A DNA stretch of 44,435 nucleotides from Nemertoderma westbladi (taxonomy: Eukaryota; Animalia; Xenacoelomorpha), in the NCBI GenBank assembly GCA_032718475.1, contig JAUCBJ010001644.1:1-44435 (forward strand), written 5' to 3'. The notes under the pieces are model-generated. The model made no database searches, was not told where the DNA came from, and saw only the letters and a program-made list of their open reading frames with translations. Both the position numbers and the translations under genes were made by a program. Below are positions 35,976 through 44,435 of this stretch, one piece after another (position 1 is the first letter of the stretch; each line of letters starts with the position of its first letter).

Positions 35976-36225
35976 CTAGGATCGGCATGCTGCATTGCAG
36001 CTGCATTTTTAAGAATGCTGTGCCGGCTTGTCAACAAAATTGCACCGCCACAACTCCCTATCACCCATGACATTTGCTAGATCATCCGCATCTTTAAGGC
36101 CAGTGTCCTTTAAGATGCGTCTCAAGAAAGTCATGGGCTGTCCAACATGCTTATTCACTCCATGAGGCTGCCAAAGTACAAGATTATGCACTGGCTGGTC
36201 CTCACGGCGAAAGCAATGTCCTGCA
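35976..36225 (-). mobile_element. RTE family B copy 3, 250-bp 3' end with 12-bp TSD
   Basis: Matches the 3' end of copy 1; TSD AGTACTGTATTA at 35964-35975 and 36226-36237. Confidence 0.92.
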
Positions 36226-36430
36226 AGTACTGTATTAGTGTACTGTATATGTTTGTACTTAACTTAACTTTTACCATAATTTCACAATAATCGTAAAACA
36301 ATTTGACCGTTTAAGAAATTAACCTACTCGGTTCCTCGTAAAATTAAAATAGTACTGTCAATTATCTAGGGAACACCTTATAATGATGAGATGATTATGT
36401 GTAACCAGTGCTGTGAGCAAAACAAACCAA

Positions 36431-36449
36431 CCCCCCCCCCCCCCCCCCC
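36431..36449. repeat. C19 homopolymer (G19 on the transcribed strand)
   Basis: Seen directly. Confidence 0.9.
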
Positions 36450-37473
36450 AGGTTCCACCACACTCCGAGAAAGCCCCACGCCCCCATGCGTGACGACACA
36501 CCTAAAAGTAAACATTTCAAATTATAAGTGATTCGTGCTGTGCATTTTTATTTTATTTTTTTTATACATTATACAGCATCTGTAAAACTAAGAATGATTT
36601 TAATTTCAAACGAAGTTAAATCTTGTAAGTTATAGGATGTAGCGCACAAACATTGCATTTGTGTTGTGGAATAGTTTGTGTCCTTCATCCGCGCCACACA
36701 CACCAGGTCATCGTCTCACCGACACTTTTGGCCGATAAGTCGTCGCCTAAATAATTACAGAAATCCTTCCATACGAAGGACACGTGATACACAGGTGGCC
36801 CCGAAGCTACTGCTTTTACATTATGTACCGGTGCAGATAGGCTCTGCACTAAACAAATTCTTTTTCATTAATGTCATGATGCCTTTGATCACCAGATTAC
36901 AATGACACATAAACTGATCAATGTTGTAGGATTCATAGAATAGGTAATCCATAATAAATATGATGGTTCTCTGGTTAAGGTTATTCTCTATAGTAATATA
37001 TAGGCCTAGTATACGGTAGGACGTTAAGTGAAGAATTGCAACTAAATAGAATTATAGAGAACCGAGAACCCACCAGGGAACCAATTTGAATATTCTTATA
37101 TATTTTACTGTTATGTTTTGTTTATTGGTGTATCATGGAATTGAACGATGTGGTTGGTGAGCCCCAATCGATATTTACAATACATTCTGGATAATCTACA
37201 ATCCATATAAATATTAATGGTATTTTGTTGCAATGAGATTGCGAGAATTGTGTGGGGTGGGTGAGGTTGAATTTTTGTTATTTATTATTTATTGAATATT
37301 TTTTAAGATTGACAGCGAACGGAGACTGATATACTGAACAAATTCCTACATTCATACCGGTATACTTTTTACATTTGAACCCCACCCACCCCTCTCCTCC
37401 CTCCCCGCCGAACTGTAATAAATTTTAAGTATAATTTATTTAAAAAAGAGGGGTTTCTTAAAAATTCCACCAT

Positions 37474-37968
37474 ACTACTGTATTACTAGGTCCAGTGAGC
37501 TCGGTCTCTGGAAATGAGATGCTTCCAGGCTTCCCGATTCTCCATAGTTGTCGCAATTTCGTTTCTCCCAAGTTCAGTATCCCTTTCAAGTTGATCTATA
37601 TATGTTATGGCCGGTCGTCCACGACTACGCTTTCCATGAGCTGGTTGCCAGAAAAGTAGATCTGGTATGACCTCGTCTTTACTTCGCCAGCAGTGCCCAC
37701 TGAATCTTAATCTGCGTTCACGGAGGGTGGTTGATGCAGGTGGTATTGTACAATAAAGCTCGGCGTTTGTCATGTGTTGTCTCCAGCTGATGTTTAGGGC
37801 TGCCCTTAGTAGTCTTGTGTAGCAACCATCAATTCGTTGTTCAAGTGATTTAGTCAGTGTCCAGGTCTCACCCCCGTATAAAAATACACTTTTCACTGTG
37901 GCTCGAAAGAACTTAGTCTTCAGGTGCCTGGAGAGATATGATTTCCAGATGGTATCCATTTTTGATAG
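37474..37968 (-). mobile_element. 5'-truncated RTE-clade LINE, family C
   Basis: IWKS..SRHLKTKFFRATV.SVFLYG.ETWTL...IDGCYTRLLR...RRLRFSGHCWR...RGRP; TAG-rich tail begins at the stop codon. Confidence 0.88.
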
Positions 37969-38199
37969 ATTCCCATGCCTTTTCTTTCCTTGCAAAGGAA
38001 ATGAACATTCCTGGCACTTAGAAGGAGACATTATCGAAAACTCAATAAAGAAAGACAAACAACTGTAAACAGTAAAAACGGATAGAAAACAGATAAAAAC
38101 GGATGTATATAACGGATCTATAAACGGATATACAATTGTATTTTATTTATATTTAACGTCAAGCTACTAATAGTAAAAAACCGTACCGGTAGGTATGTA

Positions 38200-38640
38200 C
38201 AACAAGTAAATAAAAAAAATTGACTGGAGACCCAGACATGTATGTAATAGTGATTAACTGACTGCAGACAGCTGATCGGTAGGTTTCGCCCCAATACAGC
38301 GGGCTTTCTCAGGATGCTCAAGCTAGCATATAGGACAACAGTAGAGTGAAGTTCCCAAAGGAGAGGAATAGGCAAAGTGTGATGGGGCTGATACATACTA
38401 ACTAAACACTGGGAAGCAGCACCACAAATTTACGCCAATCACGTTTCTGCTTGTTGATAACTGGCTGGCGCGTGCGAATATAGTAGATTTCAAGCTTTTG
38501 CAGAACAGGCCGCAGTGGGTGCCTAGCAATAACTTCGAAATTTTTAAAAAGCTCGCGCCAGTCAGTCAGCCAACATGTATTGGGCTCGCCGCAGTGCGTC
38601 ATGATGTGGTTGTGCACAGTAGCTGTAAGCGGATCCAATT
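38200..38640 (-). mobile_element. Penelope-like element fragment (GIY-YIG C-terminus plus 3' UTR/pLTR)
   Basis: TVHNHIMTHC...FEVIARHPLRPVLQKLEIYYIRTRQPVINKQ fits the PLE GIY-YIG tail (H..H/C, F.I...L...E..YI....P.IN.Q); a hammerhead-like core lies about 90 bp downstream. Left boundary approximate. Confidence 0.75.
38268..38320 (-). ncRNA. Degenerate minimal hammerhead ribozyme-like motif
   Basis: Minus strand reads CTGAGAA-A-GCCC(gctgtattg)GGGC-GAAAC: both core boxes and a 4-bp stem II. Stems I and III and the cleavage triplet are imperfect. Confidence 0.5.
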
Positions 38641-39009
38641 CACTGCACTACCCAGCTGAAAATGGGGAAATTGGCTTTTTACCAATTATAGTTGGCTAGG
38701 TGACATTAGCAATATAATGTCACCTAACAACCAACGAAGGCAATACATATTGCCAGCCACAGGGAGAGATGAGAGGCTATAGGCCATCTCAGGGGGACGA
38801 AGGAAGCTAGCACGTGGACATAATGGAACAGGGAGTGCCAAGGGAAGGAAGGATAGGTTAGCCAATGATGGGGCAGAACACCATCTGATTGGGGTGCATC
38901 CATTGGCTAGGCCACGTAGCAAGTAGCAATGTTCCATGTGTTAGTAATATAACCGTTGCATTTATTAACTGTTGTTCAGCTGGTTTGTGTAGAGCTGTGA
39001 AGTGATATG

Positions 39010-40011
39010 TGAAGTGTTATGGGGCGTCCTCCAAGGAGACACACTTGCACCATTCTTGTTCATTATTGTGGTTGACTATGTTCTACGCATGTCCTTAGAT
39101 CATCATAATGATGATGGGGTGATGATAACTCCACCTACTGGCTCCAGAAGTCGAGGAAATCCTGCCAAGTACCTAACTGATCTAGACTTTGCTGATGACT
39201 TAGGAGTACTCTCAGAATCATTAGAGGGAGCCCAACGGCTCCTCAGCTCATTAGAACATGCTGCTTCTAGTGTTGGTCTTTTTATTAACTCCAGAAAGAC
39301 CAAAATTCTGACAGTTAACTTTGAAAGTCCTCAGCAAGTCTCTGATCGGATGATCATAAGCTCAAAGGATGGTATGCTTGAGCATGTGGACGACTTCTGT
39401 TACCTGGGATCATGGATCCGGAAGTCAGGTGAGGACCTTCGAATACGTAAGGGAAAGGCATGGGCAGCCTTGAATAGGCTTTCCAGGATTTGGAAGTCAC
39501 CTAGAATTAATCGGAAACTTAAGATCCGATTATTTAGAGCAGCAGTAGTTCCAGTACTCCTCTACGGGAGTCCATGCTGGGCTCTAACTGCTGAGGACAC
39601 CAAATCTCTGGATGGCACATTCACAAGAATGCTACGCCGGGTTCATTGTGTCAAGTACAATGCACACATCTCCAACCAGACACTATATAACATTGGAGGT
39701 GTCTCATTGGTTCCCCCAAGCTTGACACTAGAACAAAATCGCCTCCGCTTTGCAGGACATTGCTTTCGCCGTGAGGACCAGCCAGTGCATAATCTTGTAC
39801 TTTGGCAGCCTCATGGAGTGAATAAGCATGGTGGACAGCCCATGACTTTCTTGAGACGCATCTTAAAGGACTCTGGCCTTAAAGATGCGGATGATCTAGC
39901 AAATGTCATGGGTGATAGGGAGTTGTGGCGGTGCAATTTTGTTGACAAGCCGGCACAGCATTCTTAAAAATGCAGCTGCAATGCAGCATGCCGATCCTAG
40001 TAGTAGTAGTA
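39010..40011 (+). mobile_element. RTE family B copy 4; (TAG)n tail, 11-bp TSD
   Basis: ORF 39002-39967 is nearly identical to that of copy 1; TSD GTAGAGCTGTG at 38989-38999 and 40012-40022. Confidence 0.95.
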
Positions 40012-40380
40012 GTAGAGCTGTGGAAGCGAGACGGTTTCAACCATCGTCGACAGTAACCGTGCTATTATTATATTCTGATTGTGCTATTATTGTATTCTGA
40101 CATTACGAATAACTGCCACTAAAAACTTAGTTATTCTAACGGCCTTCGGCTTTTCAGATACCACAAGCCTTTCAGCAGCCAGCGGACACGACAACGCGTA
40201 TTAACCAAAAGCAAACACATCAGTCGGGATTCCCTCGCCAACTCGGGATCCCGTCTCAGTAGTTAGTTGTGCAGGTATATAATATAAATAAAGTATAATT
40301 ATAAACTTTTCAAGCTTTACTTACTTACTACTGCTAATATATACAATATACAGTAAAAATATAGAAGTAATGTTTCTAAC

Positions 40381-40527
40381 CTAAGCAAGTGTAGCTTCTC
40401 TTGCATACATAAAGGCTCGTTTCTTATCTCACGTATCATTTCTTTGTGTCGTTGTATTTCGTTGTAAATTAATTCCTGCTGCGTGTCACTATCTCCCGAT
40501 TTTAGCTTCATCTGATAATCGATGTCA
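40381..40527 (-). CDS. TMC: TMC-family channel, N-terminal coding exon (most 5' exon found in the window)
   Basis: Translates DIDYQMKLKSGDSDTQQELIYNEIQRHKEMIREIRNEPLCMQEKLHLLR, resembling the N-terminal helix of TMC1-3 and Drosophila Tmc (...HKEV...QPW.M..KL..LR). Acceptor tttttAG at 40529-40528, donor GTTAGA at 40380. 147 bp, phase 2/2. Confidence 0.85.
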
Positions 40528-40731
40528 CTAAAAAATAACACCAACCAATACTATTTGTATATTAAATTACATTAAACCACTTTTACGGGATTTCATATTA
40601 TTAGTACATTATTTTGATCAATAATTTAGATACGTTGGACTGCTGAGAAATATATTGATGTATCTCTGTGGAGACAATCAAATATAGTGTTAATAAGACA
40701 TTCATTTATTAATATACAGTAGCAATCTGAA

Positions 40732-40800
40732 GGCGGTGTAGCTAAGATGGTTGAGCGCCGGGCTTACAGGTTCGAGCCCCACGGAGATCTACTCAGAACT
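40732..40800 (+). mobile_element. tRNA-derived SINE head (degenerate)
   Basis: GGCGGTGTAGCTAAGATGGTTGAGCGC (A-box/D-arm) and GGTTCGAGCCC (B-box); anticodon arm truncated and no complete acceptor stem. Confidence 0.55.
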
Positions 40801-41294
40801 AAAATCATTATTCCTTGAAAATATAATTCAATTTGGATTAGTAGATTCACTTAGAATTCTTATTATATTTAGGCGGGAATTTTATATATCTTGTGGGTTT
40901 TTTACTCCTCATCATCCGTAAGGTGTCCGAAATATAGCAAACAACTCAGTTTTTTTCAAATCACCACATTATATCTCATTAGTTTATATCTCATATGCTG
41001 CACATGGACCAAGGACATGCTACTAACGCCTACGGAAGAGAATGTATATTAGAATTGTATGCTAGTAATTGGGCGACTAAATAATATGTTTATTTAATAA
41101 TGTAAATAAAATACTAATTTCCATATTTTAGAATTTTTCAGTTTTTAAATGCATTCCTTACACATTTTGTGCATTAATCGACCATGTGTTCTAATTAGTC
41201 CTAATAAGTAATAATTATATTAATTAACGCAATACTTAAGTGCAGAGTTGGTATAAGATAAGGTGTTATGTTAGGTATTATACGTACATATTGT

Positions 41295-41480
41295 TTATTG
41301 TGTCTCCCTATGATTTTAGTGCAACTGCACTACACTACACTACACTACTAATTACCGGTATATATTTTTATTGTGTTTCCCGTCGATTTTAGTGCATTTT
41401 AGTATATTATTTTAACTTGTGAATTTTATTATTATAGCCACCGGGGCGTAAGCCGGATGATGAAATGATGAAATGAAAAC
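41295..41480 (+). repeat. Probable LINE/SINE 3' remnant: short direct repeats, (CTACA)n, CCGG..CCGG hairpin, (ATGAAATG)n tail
   Basis: attgtgt.tccc...gattttagtgca occurs twice; ccggggcgtaagccgg is followed by atgatgaaatgatgaaatgaaa, resembling a stem-loop plus microsatellite tail. Confidence 0.35.
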
Positions 41481-43040
41481 TACGTGGAGACTTGTACCCC
41501 CCTACCCCCCTGTAAAAGCCTTTGCTGAATTGCCCCGTTATTTTTATTATCTTTTACATTAAAATACTCTGTAGTTGATTTAATAAGTGTAAGAGACCGT
41601 ATTATTGCTGTAGCGGTGTTTTTAGAGGATCTAAGACCTATTTCCTCCGTATGTGTACTGTGAAAGGCATATTTTATGATTCTATGGCAATTCGTGACGC
41701 AAAGGGGTGATAGCTACTCTTGAACAGTAGTTACTATGACTACGGTTAACAGCTGACATTCATATGTGTTGATTTCCTTTGTTCTACGGCGTCTCTCAGT
41801 TCAGTCAGCCAATTAGAGCGTTTTTGTGGCTCCTTGTACAGAAAATTTCCGAGAAATGACGCAATGCCTATGTGCAGTGTTTACATTCAGTCCTGAGCCA
41901 AAGAAAGAACGGCTTGGAAGTATTTTGTGCTTTACTGTTTTTAGTCTTACACTAGTAGGTTTAATTATAAAGGGCATATATCCTTTAACTACCTGACTCA
42001 TGGAATCACTGCTAACTGATCATACATACTGACTGCTGAAACATTGCAAACTCATAACAATCAGTGTTCAGTTGTTGTTTTATACTGCTATTTGCTGTCA
42101 GTTCTTCATAATATGGTTGATGAATTATTATATTTGGAATAACGATAAATAACCCCGAAACCCAACATTCTTGATATACCGAAGGTAAGAGAGAAGGGTT
42201 ACAGATAAACGATTGTGACTTATGTTAAAGTGGTTTGAAGTGAATCTAATGTTATTTGATAGACCCTACATGATTCAGTCTGTGTTCCTTTTATATGTGA
42301 CTAAAGTCAGTGAAGATTGGCAGATTAGTGTGCAGTATTGTGCAGCATTGTGTATGAGTGAGTCTGTTAAAGAAGCAATTCCTAAAGAATGCGCCATATA
42401 TGTGAATTATAATTAAGCCATATCGTTGTGAGTAGTTTAAGTCATAACTCTGTTTATATAGATAAAGCGCCACGTCCTAAAGGAACTGTTAATATTACCG
42501 AAGGTGAATAATATTGTCAGAGATTATATAGTACTGTCAGTCGAATAATACATTAGGCTTACATAGCAATAAAATTAAACCGTCGAACCCAATCTCCCGG
42601 GAATCTCCAGCGGGTGAATGGTCGCGCACGGATTGGTTTCGACTAGTGTAGTGAATCAAATACTTGTCATAGACTAAAAACAGATTTAATACCTAGAAGA
42701 CATCTTAATTTGGTGGGTTAAACTGCCAAAGGTCTGAAAGCGCGAACATTAAAGGATATAGCTTCTTTATTGCAGTAAGCAATAAAGTTGAAAGTACCGG
42801 TCAACCGGTACATCTGTAGGTCAGTAGGCCTGACTACCTAACCACCCGGACCGGTACCTACAGCAGTATAAGTACACTAGTATTATTCGATTTGATTGTT
42901 GTATACCGGTAGGCTGTTTAAGAGATTAGGGACTGTACACCCCTTGTTTCTTTTGGAGCTTACTTATTTCTGTCAGTTTTATTTGTTTGTAGGCCAGTAT
43001 TGAACAGAAGGCGTGTAAACCTGATCAGATTGTACAGACG

Positions 43041-43590
43041 ATTTGTAGGCTGAGCTGTTGTCTGATTGCTGTTAAGTCTGAACGGATTACAGTGTGTGTA
43101 GAGCACTTGTCCGATTAAGTACGATTAGGAAGTAGGGGCAGCGAACGCAGTGAGGTAAACCCCCAACTAAAGAATAAGTCGCACTACTGGGTTAGAGCGC
43201 ATACTCCCTAATCATTTCGGAGTCTGCATGTCCTGTAGTTTATTTAGGCTTGAGAGTAGTCTGCCATCGTTTAGTCTGTACTTTGTTTGTGTAAGTCTGT
43301 ACGGGTAGCATATAATTTTATTTAGATAATTTGTAGGCTGGATAGTTGTCTGGCTGTTATTAGGTCTGAACGGATTGCCGCGTGTGTAGATCATCTGTCC
43401 GATTAAGTACGGTTAGGCAGTCGGGGCAGCGAACGCTGTAAGGTAAACCCCCAACTAAAGAATAAGTCGCACTACTGGGTTAGAGCGCATACTCCCTAAT
43501 CATTTCGGAGTCTGCATATACCGTAGTTTGTTTAGGCTTGATAGTAGTCTGTCAGTGTTCGGTCTGTATTTTGTTTGAGTAGTTTGTACG
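43041..43590. repeat. Tandem duplication, 288-bp period, about 2 copies
   Basis: atttgtaggctg at 43041 and 43329; gtctgaacggatt at 43076 and 43364; identical 77 bp at 43153-43229 and 43441-43517. Confidence 0.92.
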
Positions 43591-44435
43591 CGTAGCGTAA
43601 TATTTATTATTCAGAGTTTATGCGATTATCCGCAACATTCAGTCCCCAAGTTTGTTCCTACAGTAATTGTGTTTGTTATACATACCGCTATAGTTAAATT
43701 AACCTCGGTACTACACGGGCTGCTCGGCGTAGGTAAAGACTGGTGATTTTGTGCATCGGTCACTCCAGCAGATGCTGTGGTTCTTTTAGCTGTTCAAGTA
43801 TATTTAACTACTGATTATTTGTTGTACAAGTACTTGTACCTAATTTAGGGTTTAGTGTACAGTACTTTCCGAAGTAATTATTGTAGACATTATATCTGTG
43901 TTGTAAAGTGGTTGATAGGCACATTCGATTAGCTCTATTAACTTCTAGGTAGGAACACTCCGTGATACATAACGTAGAACCTATAGCGATACGGCTATAG
44001 GTCGTCAGGCGGTGGTATTTTCCTATCTAGACAACGCAGTGTATTTACTACTACTTATTATTTCAAAACACCGTAGTACCCTGTCCGTGTAATAACCAGT
44101 TTTCTAACCCTTTGTTAGGCTGGTTTGTAGACTTCTTGTAAAATTACCCTAAAAATTCGTATTTTGTGTTTTTGTAAAATTTTGTGTTTATTTAGAGATT
44201 GTAATCTCAACCCGAATTGTACGTAATTTGTAGTATTAAGTAACTTAGGTAAAATTAGTAATATTTGTTTTAGTGTCTATAAGTAACACTTCACTGAAAG
44301 CGCACCGCTTTGTGTAGTGATTACTCCCCAGAAATAATAACATTTATTTCAAACATTGACAAAACCCATTAAAACGGGTATATATATATTATAAATCAAA
44401 TCTAACGATTTATAAATCGTAGGCCTACCATACAA

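Noticed and set aside
37969-38058. N-terminal part of ORF 37486-38058 as element-encoded
   Set aside because: RTE similarity stops near 37968; the upstream codons are chance read-in from flanking DNA.
40732-40800. Functional tRNA gene
   Set aside because: A and B boxes are present but there is no complete anticodon arm or acceptor stem; it fits a SINE head better.
41813-42473. Short ORFs as the first TMC exon
   Set aside because: No recognisable similarity. ATGAGTCAG|GT near 42001 would be phase 0, while the 40527 exon needs phase 2. Upstream exons could not be located.

Overview
Repeat-dense animal (probably invertebrate) genomic DNA, not prokaryotic. The host gene is a TMC1/2/3-like (transmembrane channel-like) gene on the minus strand. 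Three consecutive exons (40527-40381, 23794-23637, 6981-6782) splice in frame through canonical GT-AG junctions, and almost everything else lies in its introns. One 16.6-kb intron is nearly filled by a ~16-kb satellite of about 550 x 29-bp units. The satellite shows higher-order structure, has no AG dinucleotide in its consensus on the transcribed strand, and appears to be bracketed by inverted termini. The other introns hold a decayed Mag-like Ty3/gypsy LTR element (5-bp TSD, short LTRs), at least four APE-type LINEs, seven RTE-clade fragments, a Penelope-like fragment with a degenerate hammerhead-like motif, and a tRNA-derived SINE head. The apparently intact LINE at the left edge has ORF1 and ORF2 in the same frame, separated by a single UGA, with no AUG ahead of the endonuclease's first motifs. 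All calls come from manual reading and translation; no database searches were run.
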